From NCBI RefSeq assembly GCF_009914755.1, contig NC_060932.1: a DNA stretch of 64,000 bases; one strand, 5' to 3'. The notes below the pieces were generated by a model. The model was not told the DNA's origin. It made no database searches and was given only the letters and a program-made list of their open reading frames with translations. The stretch is from the human T2T-CHM13v2.0 reference genome, Homo sapiens. Below, piece after piece: positions 13,946 to 28,494 of this stretch. Position 1 is the first letter of the stretch. Each line of letters starts with the position of its first letter. The position numbers and the translations under genes were made by a program.

Positions 13946-16900
13946 AATCTTCTTAACATAGAACCTCCTGCCAGTATGTCCCTTCTGTGCTCATCTCAAT
14001 GTGGAACAAATCCAGTGTCATAGGAGGCATTTTCCTATATTCCATACTGCAGATACTTTTAGAACCCTTTTTCCAAGCATAGGCAACTGAATCTTTATAG
14101 GATTATAAGTGCCTATGTTGCAATAACTTTTACTAGCATACCCTTGCCTTTTCTATCTGACATTTTACTATCCAAAAAAATTCTGTTTGAATCAGAATCA
14201 TAAATATGTTCAAAAACTTTCAGTCTTTCTTAAAAGCATATGTAAATGACACTGACTTTCTTGAGCTTATCATTATAAATGTTGACCATATAATAATGTT
14301 TTGTAGGTTTTCATTTTATATTCAGCCAAAGGCAATTAAAACTACTTGTTTATATCATTTATTTGAGTCAGTGAATTTTTTTATCATTTAAAAATGTTCC
14401 ATTTAAATCATGGAAGTAAAACGTTATGCAGCTTCTTATTGCTTGCTGTCATTTTGAGAGACATAGTTTTATAAAATAGTGAATTAAGTTTAGAAATAGC
14501 ATTAGCAATGCAGTTTTTCTGTGCCTGTATGACAGCTAGTAGGGAATTTACTTGTACTTAAAGATTGCTGTATGTGCTGTCAGGTTTATTGGTTAATTTT
14601 ACCTGTTACCATTGCTTGAAACTTAACAATTATAATGTCATTCTATTAGAAATTCAGTCCTCGCAAAATTGCACACTTTTATATTTTTTCCATTTTCTTT
14701 CATACTTAAAGCTGAAATCTTGAAAAGGCTAGGCAAGTATGACACTGACAAAGAAGAAACAAGCAAAGAGTTGCCAGGGGATGATTAAACACATCCTACT
14801 TTCTCAGTGGTACAACACTGTGATCACAGCATTTTACGAATAACTTTCAAGACTCAACAAAACCATTGAGTGCTTCAGTACCCATATCATCACTGTTGTA
14901 TTTCCTTTTGGCAGCTGTGATCATTATTAGCCCTGTTGTGATGACAATGATTCTCTGGATGCTCCTTTAGGCTCAGCTGTTCTTGGCTTATCCTTTTTCA
15001 GGACCAGGGAGAGCCAAACCAGAGCAGTGACCTGGGAGCAAGCCAGGGTGGAATTTTGCCTGGCCGTTTTGTGAAATGAATGCTTAATAACTACAATGTT
15101 TTAAAGGCATAGAAATAAGAGCATGTAAAATTTTTCAAACCTAATATTCACTTTTCTTGCAATTGGCTAATATTATGAAAGAGAATACACAGGTTCTTAG
15201 CATGTGAAATAAATGAAATGAACTCGGTCAAATCCAAATTCTGCTGTTGATTTTTGTTCCTTTATTCTCAGATTCAGTTTTCTCATCTAAAAGTGGAAAT
15301 AAGAATACTTGGGTTTTCAAGACCATTGAATTGTGAAGATCTAACTTTGAATGAGGTATTGTAATGTGAACACAATTTGGTTTACAAACCACACACTTTT
15401 ACAAATTTGTAAACTTGTCTTTCAATATTGACCAAATCTGTCTTAGATTATATGTATGCACACATTTAAAAAATAAATTACAATTTTCAAGTCACAGAGT
15501 AATTGCTTAGTGAGTTGAAAAATGTTTCTGTATGTTTGTCAACAGTTTGAAGCCTAAATATAAAGTACACCTAAACAGAATATCTAAAGTGAAACCAATG
15601 TGGTCTTTAATGTCAATTCACTGTGTGATTTTATACATTGAATCATACTTCACAGGCATGAAATTAAGTACCTGTCACTAACATATGTAACATAAATAAC
15701 TCTGGAGCCAAATCCTTCAGCTCTAGGGGTTTTTTATTCCCCCATTCATTTAACAGTGGCCAATATTAAGTTTCCTTGAGAAAGCTTATTAATCGGAATC
15801 CCAATAGGGAGTACACTTATCTTCTTCATGTTCTATGCAAAATTTTGGAAACTGTCTGTGCTTCATAAATGTTAATTACAGGAACTGATGAACCAGTATA
15901 AGTCACATAAATGCAATTTTGATTCTTCATAGTGTTGGTTAGTGTACCTCTGTTGGAGCTAAATAGCTTTTCAAGAGGAATGATGGAATGCAAAGCATTA
16001 ATAAAAGTGTTATAATTGATTGTGAAGTCTTTTGTTTCCTTTCTTATGTAGATGATTTTAAGGGTACACTTTTATATAAATATTTATAATCTTTGTCTAT
16101 GCATTTATTAATTGTAAGATTTTTCTTTCATTAGCATGTTAGAGGATTAAATCTATAAGTTAACAAACTCACAGTTTTCCAAGAATGTATCGAAGTTATC
16201 AGCCTAATACTGTACTATAAAATGAATGTATGCATGCACATGTGTATGTGCATATATATATATATATTCTCACACTTTTAAAATGTGGGAATACAAATAT
16301 GAGTATTATTTGTGTACATCCTCTTTATCTGTATATGTGTACATTAGAGAACTGGAACATTTATATATTAGGAAGAAGGCGTTAGAATATCATATGTAAC
16401 ACCTATTTGTTTGGGCTTTAAAAGATAAGGAAAAACTATTATCAGCTATTAGTCTCCTTAGATGTCTAGGATCTGGAAATACAAATCAATGGACTCTAAA
16501 GAAAGAAACATCTAGCAACACCTAGATTCCTATGAATGTAAGATTGGATTACCCTATTATATTCCTAACAGAATAGGGTGAATTCTCCAAGCTCCACTCT
16601 GCTTGCCAAGAGGCAAGCCTGAGACTGTTCTATCCAAAATAAGTACTATGTTGTGATTTAAAGTACATCCTTATTTTCCTCTTCACTGTCATATGCCATT
16701 TATCCAGGATGTCTTTGTCTGAAATATAACCTTGAGGAAATTGCACCCCTAGTCAGACAGTAGACTTTGTAGGCCAAGAAAAAAAGATTAGCTAATCAGA
16801 AAAGATTCTGATGTACAGGAATTACAGCTTTTGGCTCATATTCTTTTCACGTAAGTATTAGGATTTTACAAATGGAATACTAATGCAGAAATATTGTTTG

Positions 16901-18228
16901 CTATGAAGGATTTTATGACCATGTTAAGGTTATATTTATTAGTTTGCTCTGTTCAATCCAATGCAACTGTGCCAAACTTATATTCAGGTAATGTGGAGAG
17001 TGATATATAGACAGAGAACAAAAACACACAATTCTGATTTAAAATATAGGCAGGTAGACAGTATACATGTGTAAGCTAGTCTTATACAGTGTTAGGTGCT
17101 AAAATAGATGTTCAAAATGTGTCATTGTAGGGTTAGACACATAGCTATTGTAGTACCCTGATACTTTCTAAAATTTGACAATAAGTAAGAGGTTTTCCCA
17201 ATTTTACCTTATAGTATCTTTGGGGTCCTCTGAGATTAAAGCCTTAGTTATGATTGAGGTGGAAGGAGGAACAAGCTAGCTGGCCTCCAAGCCCTGGAGC
17301 TATATCTATATATATACCCAACAACTCCATTTTCAATCTGTGCTTAATGAAAGGGTTCCACTACTAAACACGCTTGAAAACACCTGGTTTAGTTCTAAGC
17401 CACAATGATACTTAGAGGTCAACAAATTCATCTTTCAAAGTTGTAGCTGGCTATTACTTGGAACACTTTACTTTCTGACTGATGTATTTACGTGCAAGAA
17501 GTACACTTATAATGAACAAAACTGCCTACTATGTAGTCAGAAATGATGGTGATGTGTTAAAATTATACCTTTTCGCACACTTTCTTTAAGAAAAGTAAGC
17601 ATTAGGGTGTTACAGCCTGAATGTTTCCTTTTAATGCATGATGACCTTGTCAAGATGTTGCAAAAAGGCAGCAGGTAAGTATATTGTGCATGGGTCACCA
17701 AGTTTAGGCTTGTCAAAAACATGATCTACTGCTGTGTCTACCTTCATTTCTCAGCAGGAGCCCGTCTGAAGTTGTAGTATAAGAAAATGCACCAAAAACA
17801 TAGAAAAATATTAGACAAAGAAAAATTTCTATGCTGCCTTCCAGCTTAATTACTTCATATTAAGTGACATTGTAACATTTAAATGCAAATATTAGCTAGA
17901 GATGATTCTGAATTACAGCAAGAGATTTGAGCTTCCCTAATCAATCATCAGAAATTGATGAGATTTTTTTTTCTACTTTGGTTTTCTATGTGGCTTTTTT
18001 TCTTAGCATCAAACTATGCTAAATCATTCCTACATATATCACAAATTAGTGTCAATATGTGAATGCTTTTGCATTATCTTTCTTTCTAATGTTGTGTAAG
18101 CTAATTTTGTATTTAATAAAATAAATAAACTCCTTGCCTTAAATTCCTATTCTTAACTTTGGATAATACTTGCCCTGGCTATCTGGTAGAGTTATCAAGA
18201 ACAAATCAGAATGTTATGTGGAAAAACG

Positions 18229-18665
18229 CAATAGTGGTTGCTGTGATGTGCTGCCCAGATGTTCCTTCAGTAACAAAAATGTCTTTTTTCTGCTACTTGC
18301 ATTGTTGCCGCCAGACGGCCCTCAGATCTTAGCTTTGGAAATGATTGGGCTGAGAAAATTCCTCAGGTCTATGCTCCCACCACATTCGCAGGGAAATATG
18401 CATCAAATTATCAGTTGTTAAACTACGTAAAGGTCTGACACCGCTCTCTGACTTGGGAAAATTCCAGAAGCTCTTATGAAGTTTGTGTAGGAATTTGTTG
18501 AGACTATACTACAGCCCAACTTCTCCCTGCCCAATGCTGTTTGCTTGTTTGTTTGTTTGTTTGTTAGTTTTTCATTCACAGGTATTGAACCCAAGAATAT
18601 TCCTTAATACACTTTGCACAGTAATCTCTATCACAGTTTGCTTCTCTGGAAACCCAACCTACAGA
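18229..18665 (+). mobile_element. LTR16A-like solo LTR
   Basis: GCTGTGATGTGCTGCCCAGATGTTCCTTCAG...CAGCCCAACTTCTCCCTGCCCAAT...TAATCTCTATCACAGTTTGCTTCTCTGGAAACCCAACCT. Confidence 0.75.
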
Positions 18666-19301
18666 AGCAAATCCATTAAATTGTATGTTACTGTCATCAA
18701 GCTAAGAAGTATTTGTTCATGAACAGAGTTTGCTAGGCCAATTCTAAGAATGCATGTTCAAGTTGGAACTGCTATTGAAAGAATAACATGAATTTCCATA
18801 TATTTATTGTATGATTAAGGAAATAAATTTAATCAAATTTGAAAAGGTTAAAATTCTTTATATTTCATATCTCATTATTATAACTCCCTTATCATCCTAT
18901 AGTGCTGTGTTGAAGACCAAGATCAAAGAGATATAATATGATTAAGACCCCTGTAAAGTAGACAGAACCATTACATTTGAATAATTATTACATTATATAA
19001 GTATTATACTACTACTAATATTCCAGATACCTGGGGAAAATTTGCTCCCTTTATTCTATAATATATATGAATTATTTTTTTCTGGAAGAAAACTTGAAAG
19101 ATTTTTATTATAATTTAGATGAGAAATGTTGAATTAATTGAATCAAGAGGGAATAAAATATGTCAGCATATTTTTGGAATAAAATATTTCCTGGTCATGA
19201 TATTCAAAGAGTTTAAATTATCTTTTGAGTTTGCTTGTTATTTTTATGATGAAAATGTTTTTCAAGACTAAAGCTGGCCTTAATTATTATATTATTACTA
19301 A

Positions 19302-19637
<336 letters not shown>

Positions 19638-19969
19638 TATATATGAAATCTAAACATAAATGTATGTATGTATGTATATTATGCTTGAAGAAAGAACTAG
19701 ATTATTGTCAGCTAGAAGAATAATTCATAAATTATTCTTAATTCATAAATGTAAATCAGCTTTAGCCAGAAGAATAATTGTACAAATTCATAAATGTAAA
19801 TCAGCTAATAGTTTTATTTTGGGAAATTTTTATGTACTGCTTTAAAATATCCATTGTAATGAAATGTGCATTAGCTAAGCTTCTATCATTCCTTTTATGA
19901 AGTGGAACCTGTGTATGTAACATGACATATATTTGAAATTAAGACACATTATCTTTCACATATCAGTTT

Positions 19970-21015
19970 GTTTTTAAATTGTGGTACAATACATATAACA
20001 TCAAATTTACCATTTTAACCCATTTAAATTTACAGTTTAGTGGTGTTAAGTACATTCACATTGTTATGCAATAATCATCACTATCTATCTCTAGACTGTT
20101 TTTATCATCCCAAACTGAAACTGTATACCCATTACACAATACATCTCCTTCCTGCAGCCCCAGGAACCACTATTTTAGTTTCTGTCTTTATAAATTTGGC
20201 TAGTCTACTACTGCATATAACTGAAATCATATAATATTTGTTATTTGTCTCTGGGTTATTTCACCTAGCATGGTGTTATCAAAGTCTACCCATGCTATAT
20301 TATGTATCAGAATTTCCTTCTTTTTAAGGCTGATTAGTATTTCATTGTATGTTTGCACCACATTTTGTTTATTCATTTGTCTGTCCATTGGACATTTGGA
20401 TTGCTTTCACTTTTTGACTGTTGTGAATAATACTGGTATGAACATTTGTGCACAAATATCTGTTCAAGTTTTTGCTCCCTGATTTAAATTTTTTGGGTAT
20501 ATATCCAGAGGTAGAATTGTCAGATTATATGGTAATTAAAAAAATTTGAGGAACTACCGTGGATATATCATTTTACATTCCCGCTGGCAGTGCACAAAGA
20601 TCCCAGTTCATTTCTCTACATTCTAACCCACTCATTATTTTGTTTATGTTGGTTGGTTTTTCCTTTCTTTTTTAACAGCCACCCTAATAGATGTGAAGTG
20701 TATCTCATTTGGGTGTGTGTATGATTTGCATTTCCCTAATGTTTAGTGATGTTGAACATCTTTTTATGTGCCTTTGGCTATTTGCATATTTTCTTTGAGA
20801 AATATCTACTCGAATTTTTCACTTTTAATTGGATTGTTTGGTTTTGTTGCTGTTGAGTTTTAAGAGTTCTTTATATATTTTTGATATCAATGCTTTATCA
20901 ACTTTATCAGATATATGATTTGCAAATGTATTCTCCCATTCAGTGGATTGCCTTTTACTCCGTTGACTATCCTTCGATGTTTCAAAGTTTATAATTTTGA
21001 TAAAGTCAATTTATC
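19970..21015 (-). mobile_element. L1MB 3' portion
   Basis: TTTAAATTGTGGTACAATACATATAACATCAAATTTACCATTTTAACC...TTAAGTACATTCACATTGTT is the L1MB 3' terminus, followed by the ORF2 end in antisense. Confidence 0.85.
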
Positions 21016-21279
21016 TGTTGATCAGTAGTTTTAAAGCTTTCCTTCAAAAATAAAACATTAAAGTGGGAAACAGAAGAGGAATTAGATGCTATTTACTTTG
21101 TGGCTAATTATTCCCTGCTATGTTAAAGTAGGTTCTCTCTCTTTCATTAGAACCTCCCTACACAGTGTCTACATGAAACTACTTTTATTATTATGAATTT
21201 TACAATGGATATTTTTATGTAAGAATGGCAACCATTGCTAACCTCCAACTGGGCAAACCTGAGGAAGAGTGTGCCACCT

Positions 21280-21420
21280 TCCAGATATATGCTTCTCCAT
21301 TCACTGACACGCTAGCCTTGGGAATGGCTTAGGCCCTTTGAAACTCAATGGATTAACCTGAACAATGAGCCAATACATATGTCATAGGATTGTTATGAAA
21401 GTTAAATGGGATAACACATT
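21280..21420 (+). mobile_element. MIR fragment
   Basis: CCTTGGGAATGGCTTA...TCATAGGATTGTTATGAAAGTTAAATGGGATAA. Confidence 0.6.
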
Positions 21421-21479
21421 TTGTTTTAAAAAATGATAGCACTTTGCTAAATAAATACTACCTAAGGTGATTTAATATC

Positions 21480-21635
21480 TAGAATACTATCATGAGTTAT
21501 GTGGTTTTACTAATTCCAGACTTGAGATGAGAAAACAAAGGCCCAAATAATTAAATAACATGTTTAATATATCAAAACTAATAGATGACAGACAAAACTG
21601 GGGATATAACTCAAATCTGTTTGTTTCTAAAATAT
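21480..21635 (-). mobile_element. MIR fragment
   Basis: AGATGAGAAAACAAAGGCCCAAATAATTAAATAACATG...AACTCAAATCTGTTTGTTTCTAAA. Confidence 0.55.
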
Positions 21636-21698
21636 TCTGTTTTCACACAGTGGCAAAGTTATAACTGTTAAACTCAATATCCACCATAGACAAGGTTG

Positions 21699-22392
21699 TG
21701 TAACCATTCAGCAGATTCAGCTTGCCACTGCCTAGACAGAGCCAATTTATCAAGACAGGGGAATTGCAATAGAGAAAGAGTAATTCATGCACAGTGGGCT
21801 GTACAGGAGACCAGAGTTTTATTATTACTCAAATCAGTCTCCCCAGGCCTTAGGGGATCAGAGTTTTTAAGGAAAACTTGGTGGGTAGGGGGAAGCCAGT
21901 GAGCCAGGAGTGCTGATTGATTAGGTAGGAGATGAAATGATGGGAAGTTGAAGCTGTCCTCTTGTGCTGATTCCTTTCCTGGGTGGGAGCCACAAAATCA
22001 GATAAGCCTATTTATCAATCTGAGTGGTGCCAGCTGATCTGTCAAGTGCAGGGTCTGCAAAATATCTCAAGCACTGATCTAAGAAGCAGTTTAGGGAGGG
22101 TCAGAATCTTGTAGTTTCCAGCTTCATGGTTCCCAAACCATAATTTCTAATCTTGTGGCTAATTTGTTAGTCCTATAAAGGCAGTTTAGACCCTAGACAA
22201 GAAAGAGGTTTGTTTTGGGAAAGAGTTGTTATATTATTAGTTTTAAACAAAGTTTAAACTAAGTTTCTCCCAAAGTTAATTCAGCCTGTGCCCAGAAAGG
22301 AACAAAGACAATTAAAGGTTAGAACCAAGATGGAGTTGGTTAGGTTAGATCTCTTTCACTGTCTCAGTGATAATTTTGCAAAGTTGGTTCCA
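21699..22392 (-). mobile_element. LTR8 3' LTR
   Basis: Minus strand TGGAACCAACTTTGCAAAATTATCACTGAGACAGTGAAAGAGATCTAACC...GGTTACA, preceded by the purine-rich AAAAGGAGAGGT. Confidence 0.92.
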
Positions 22393-25300
22393 ACCTCTCC
22401 TTTTGGGTTTTAAAACACCTTAATCTTAAGGTGTAGGCTGTGAATATGGGCTATGAATTGCTCTGGCTTCTTCCTGCTGACAAGGGGCATAGTGGGGTTA
22501 GCTGTTGATCCCAAGGTGAGAGGCATGGACCACTTTGCAACTGTCTGCATATACTCATGCAGTCCTGGCTGGGGTTCCAAGGCTTGCATGGCAAAGGCTT
22601 TAGTATTGTCATCTATAGTTTTAGTACTGCATTTAAGGGAAGAGCATACTATAAGGTAAATAATGACTACTAGAGTAAGGTGTGCAATTCCTAGTTTAAA
22701 AGTAAAGATTTGAAAACATTAGTTTGGGGACTTGTAGCTGGCAAATAATTTAGGATTGACTCCGAACTGCAGGAAAAAAATAAAACTCAAGAACAGCTAA
22801 TAACCTATGTACTAGAGCTTTTCTTTTGAAGCTTACATTTTCTTTCTCCAATCCCCATTTTTATTAAAAACAACTTATAATAGAATTGATTTATTTACAA
22901 AATAAACTTTAGTCTTATTGTACTTGGCCTGATTATTTGCATAAAGAATAATTATTTTTCAAATCAGCTTTTAAAATTGGCTTTGATGGAACTCTGTTCC
23001 ATAAGGAATCTCAGGTAAGACATTTTAGAGCTGAGCCCAGCCATAGGTTTGTACCCTCAAATACCTAGGAGTTGGATAAATTCCTCTTGAGGTCCCAAGA
23101 TAACTTGGGGCTCTTGAGCCTGTTAGAAAGTTACATTCTTTACTTACAACAGGTCAGGAACCTTGAATAGGGACGGTGTAGACAAGGTATGAAGGCAGAT
23201 TTCCCTAGGGGCTTTTGTTGGCTCAATAAGTCAACTTTGATTATTTAAAGAAAGCATGACATTCCAGTCAAAGCCTTGGTAAAACAACCAGTTTCTCCAA
23301 CTGTGTCCTGTTACAAAAGAAAACAGATTCTTATTGCCCTTATGCAAATAATTATACTGCCATAAGTTGAGAATACTCAAAAATAGTTTTAAAATTCTGA
23401 AAAAATCAGGTAGAGGGAAACAAATATGCTCCAAATTTTGTTCAGATGAGTATATTTTACTCATTTGTTAAAAGTGGTAAATAGCTCAAAAGAAAAGTTT
23501 TCTTAGCTTTGGAAAACAAAAAAGGATCAGCATCGTTTTAAGCAAAAAGTCAAAAAAATTACTTCAGTCTTCTATTCGAAAGTTTTTCCTCTATTCTAAT
23601 GTCACACTCTCCAGAGTTATTAATCAGAAACATTCATTTAACAGCACCTATTGGAGTTTGATAGCTAATTACAGAACTATCATTTAAAGAGGATCAAAAG
23701 AAGACAATTGTCCATGGATTACAAAAATATTAGAGCAGCCACAGATAAAGATACAATTGCCAAGTAAATTTGTTATCTCAGTGGTACACAATAATTTAAC
23801 ATAAAAGTTAAAATTATTACTGATAACATATACTAAGTCATAGAATTATAGGAGTTTCTCATAATTTTGGAACACTTATTAACAACATATTTATACAAAT
23901 ACAGTCCAAAGAAGGCCAAAACACCATTTCATATTTGACAATGCTTCCTGTATTATTTTTATACAAAATAAGCCAAACATGCCATTTTTGAACTTCAGGG
24001 GACCTAATACCTACAAGATTAGTTTATAAAGAGACATAATGCATAATTTGATTTTGGAAAGTTTGTCAAATATCAAATGTTTAAAACACTAGATATTACA
24101 AAATAGAATCCTAGGTCACCATCAGTCATTTATTTGGCCAGAATGATAACTCCAAAAAAAGAAAAACCTTTACATTGATAAAGGAGACTTAGCTTTTCAA
24201 ACAACAAGACCCAGTGAAGATAGCATGAGGCCAAATGAATCTGTCTCTTCTCTCTCCTCCCCTTTTTTTTACTGCTATTTACACAAGAGGCAAACAAAAC
24301 CCTTTCATTATCTTTTAATATTATATAAAAATATTTTTCAAAAGAGGGTATCAAATTTTATGTTTGTATGAGTGCATCTTTAATGCTAATGATAGTTCTT
24401 GAATAAAGTTTTATATATCTATCCAGTTTTAATTAATTTGACAATAAGGTAAGATTTTAATAAACTGTTTAGAACCCTTTATAATTTTCTGTCAAACAGC
24501 ACATCAATTTTCTAAGAAAACGCTGTTACTTGCACAGATGAACCCAGACCAGATTCTGGCCCTGCATAGTGTGCATTTATTTTAATGTTCAACCTATGGA
24601 AAATAATTAAATAATCCCCTTTAAATCTTAGCCAACTTGTTCATATCCACAGACTTTACAAGACTAACCCTTTCTTTACAAGACTAACCCTTCATAAACC
24701 TCTTTCACCTTGCTTAAACCTTGTTTTGTCCTGGTACTCTTTTAGGTTAAGACAATCATTAAAACCCTCTGAACTACACAAAATTACATTCCCTTTAACA
24801 CAAGACATATTTCCATGCCTTCCTATAATCTTTTACCAAAAACATGTTACACTTTCCTTACACACCTTGTATGTAAAACTGTTTCTCCAGTAGTCTCAAT
24901 TATATGTCGCAATGTTAACTCTTAGCAAATTTTATTTTTGGTGAAAACCTGATAAGTAAGTGATTTTACTTATGTACTTCATGTGGAACCTAGGATATCA
25001 GACAGAAGTGCAGATAAAGTCTGACTCTCTTCAGCATAGCTATGGGGCCTGGCAAGCCTCACATATCCTCAGGCCTTATCCAGAATCTAATGCTCCAAAG
25101 TTGATAAATTGAACAATTTTTAAAAGTTAAAGAAGCAGTTTGTTACCTTAAAACATTTAGCAAATCTAATATCTCACCTTAATTTAGACAAAATGTCTAA
25201 ATTTTGAAGATATATTTATTTTACCAACAATTTTTAAACTGTCTTTATTTTCAGAAAATTACTTAAGTCAGATGAACAAAATACATTAAAGTTTTTATTT

Positions 25301-27149
25301 TTTGGATAAAATATTTGATTTAAGCACTTATTTTTCTGAGCCAATGAATCAGAACTCTTTTTATATAAACATTACACACACAATACATGTAAAGACAGAC
25401 AGAAGATTCAGCACTTGTAAGCCTTTCATTTGCCTGTTTCTGAACTGAATTACTGGCTTCAGGGTGGAGCCTTTGGAAGAGTAAGGCCAGGAAAGCATCC
25501 AGTTTCTGGGGCCTAATAAGGAGGCACAGCTGGAAGGCCAAAACTGATCCCCCAAATTAAGGGTGCCATTTTATACTGGATCCTGGATCCCCAAAAGGAG
25601 GGAAATATTATGGGAGAAGACAGTACAGTGCTTCCACTAGGCACTTTATTGCAAGGCTATCCAAAGCCAATCAGCCCATATTATAATCACCTATCCCCCA
25701 TGGGAGTCTCATCTTCCCTCAGTGGTGGTTGGGGATGTTTCTGTATCTTCCATGTGGCCAACAGCATGCTTCTCTGATTCAAGCATACAAAGAGCTAAGT
25801 ATCTCTTCATAACTGACATTAGCCATTTCTTGAAGTATATATTTTTACCTAGATATTATACAACAAGGCTAAAAGCTCTCCCTTAATGCAAAGTAATTTT
25901 TGATACCCCCAAAATTCAAAACCATCAGATAACACAATGCAAAGCAGAACAGAGCCTTAGATTTTGAGAGGGATCTATTTCAATTGCTGTTTCAATTTCC
26001 AGGCTTCAGTGAGGAAAACCAAGTTTTTTCCCACAATGGAGTCTGTGGTTCCTCTGTTCTTCCCAAGGAGTCCCAGACTGTTAGAATTTATCTTAAGTTT
26101 TCTCTTGTGGGCATCAAGAATGTCAAGAAGACAAAATGGAGAAGAATAATTGAATCTACTGTGAAGAAACAAAATTTTTCAGAAAAATACAAATCATGAA
26201 GAGGGAAAAGTTAGAGCCTCTTAAATACATATAGCTTGGATATCCATTCTTAATTAAGCTGATTTAAACCACAGAGCTCTTTTTTCTAAAAAAAAAAAAA
26301 AAAGTTATTTTAAATATCTTATTACCAGACTTTTGCCAGCACAGTCAATATTGCTGGCTTTTGAATTCTACCACAGGTAACTTCCCACATGAAATTAATA
26401 AGTTTTAACTAAGGTTATAACTTAACCATGGATGCATAAGGTATCTCAAAGAGATGGTAAGCAAGTTCTTTCTTCCTTTTTAAGATTTAGAATATCTACA
26501 AGGGTAATTTAGGAAAGGAAAATCCCAAGACAGAAAATCAGAAGGTATCCATCGGGGGAAAAAACCTCAATAAATGTCAAAGTTACACATATAACAAACC
26601 AGAAATGAATGATTCTGAAGGCCAATAATTGAACCTGGGCCATCATTTTCAAAAGATACAGCCTTCGCTACTAAACTACACAACATTGAGCAGTTTCTGT
26701 TCCTTTTCCCGGAAGAAGCCTAGAGCAGCCAATTTCAAGCTTGCAAAGGCTTTTCACAGTTCAAGATAATTTAACTGTGACATGAACCCCCAAATTCCTA
26801 TCCTCTGGATGGTGAAAACCAAGAGAAAGTATCCCCACATGGTCACAAGGTTAAGCTCATAAAGACACAAAGCAAGACAGAGAAACTTCATCTGATATTG
26901 GTTTCAGGGACACACAGCAAAGTTTGTAACTGATCACCCTGCTGGGCCGGCTTGAAAAACAGGCTTATATAGGGATCTTAAACCCACATTCCATCCTGTG
27001 ATACTCCTCTCTCCATTACAGAAAAATAAAGAAAGACAAATTCTTAGCACAAAGTACACCAGATTTCCTATAGCCTCAAAGACTAGTCTCATGAATCCTT
27101 TTTTCTACTAATCAAACCCTTGCAGAGGAGACAAAAAGTGACATTTACC

Positions 27150-27154
<5 letters not shown>

Positions 27155-27194
<40 letters not shown>

Positions 27195-27227
27195 AAGGGG
27201 GAGAGAGAGAGAGAGAAAGAGAGAGAC
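27155..27227. repeat. (AC)n plus (GA)n microsatellite inside the provirus
   Basis: Read directly from the sequence. Confidence 0.95.
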
Positions 27228-27971
27228 AGCAGAAACTTGGCTGGTAAGAATTTCTTACCCTATTTGCCAGCATACCAGGTTTCCAGGTTCCCTTCCTCTC
27301 CAGCTTCTGGAATAATGGAGTAGCTTTTGATGACCCTGTTCACTGTGCCATAGCTGTGGGGTTCAAGCCACTTTACAATGAAAATCACTCTTTTCTGTTT
27401 TATGGAAACATAGACAAAATATTTTCAATTTTTTAGCCCAATGGGCTGCATGGAGAACCAAATTAACATTTTCCATCCCAGTCAAAACACAATACACATA
27501 ACAAAATAGATACTAGTCACCGTATTCACCCCTCAATATCAACCAAGCAAAGCTCAAAGTTTACTGATCCCTCTTTTCTTTGATCCACTCCAGGTCGGGA
27601 GGGATGATCTCCAGATGACAATTCACAGTGGGGTCTCTGGGCAAGATGAAGAGCAGATACTCACCCCAGGCAGGTCTGTTGAGTTATCTTCAGGGCTCAT
27701 CGAATGTGAACAGACACGTAAAGAGGGTTCTCTGAGTTAGGGCTGCTGGACTTCCATTAGCAATTTCTTCAGGGATCCCCTCCACATATACGAACACACA
27801 CAAAGACAAGATGGACAGAAGGATTTCCAACCCAGATCCTTAACCAAGAATTCCAAGAATATCCCTTCCAAACTATGCTCCTATTCTCCACCTGAGATAT
27901 CTCCCCTACATCTTCCTGATTGAGAGTCGTCCTGAACCAAGACTCTTCCTACTGGTTAGGGAGAACCAACT

Positions 27972-28281
27972 GAGACCCGCAAGGAGCTGAACTGAAACAG
28001 GCACCCCTCCATGGGGCTACAGACAAACCTTCAATGGAGCTACAGACAAACAGAACCCTAAAAGGAGCCGAACAGAGACACCCCGTGGTAGAGTTACAAA
28101 CAGACACACCACAGTGGGGCTACTGACATACCCCACTGTGGGGCTACAGAACCAGTCTGGAGAAGGAAGCAGGTGTTGGCAATGCCTAGGATACTCACCA
28201 CTCCAGACAACCTGCAGTGGGGCTACAGACAGATACTCCATCATGGGGCTACAGAAAGACACCCTGTGATAGGGCTACAGT
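27972..28281. repeat. Degenerate tandem repeat in the proviral leader (core GGGGCTACAGAC)
   Basis: About 8 copies of G(G/A)G(C/T)TAC(A/T), mostly at 23-28 bp spacing. Confidence 0.85.
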
Positions 28282-28472
28282 AAAGGGATGTCTCCTCAGG
28301 ACTATTTCTCTATTGCAATTAAATCCATGCACATTGAGTTGGTAGCACCCCACCAGTAGAGAGTACCAGAGTCAGCTGCCGGTCTAAGAGAACTAGGCAG
28401 GTGCTTGGGCTGGTCTCTGGAACCATCGCTGGAGGGGATCTACTGAACCATGGGCAGGTAGCTTCAAGGGCA

Positions 28473-28490
28473 ATCCCAGATGAGCACCCA
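28473..28490 (-). promoter_or_regulatory. Primer-binding site, tRNA-Pro
   Basis: TGGGTGCTCATCTGGGAT versus canonical TGGGGGCTCGTCCGGGAT (15/18), 4 nt inside the 5' LTR boundary. Confidence 0.85.
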
Positions 28491-28494
28491 ACTT

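Noticed and set aside
17225-17392. Possible hAT MITE ending GGGTTCCACTACTAAACACGCTTGAAAACACCTG
   Set aside because: Only one terminus is recognisable, which is insufficient for a call.
27972-28281. CRISPR-like repeat-spacer array
   Set aside because: The units are degenerate, the spacers are related to each other, the array sits in an ERV leader in primate DNA, and there are no cas genes.
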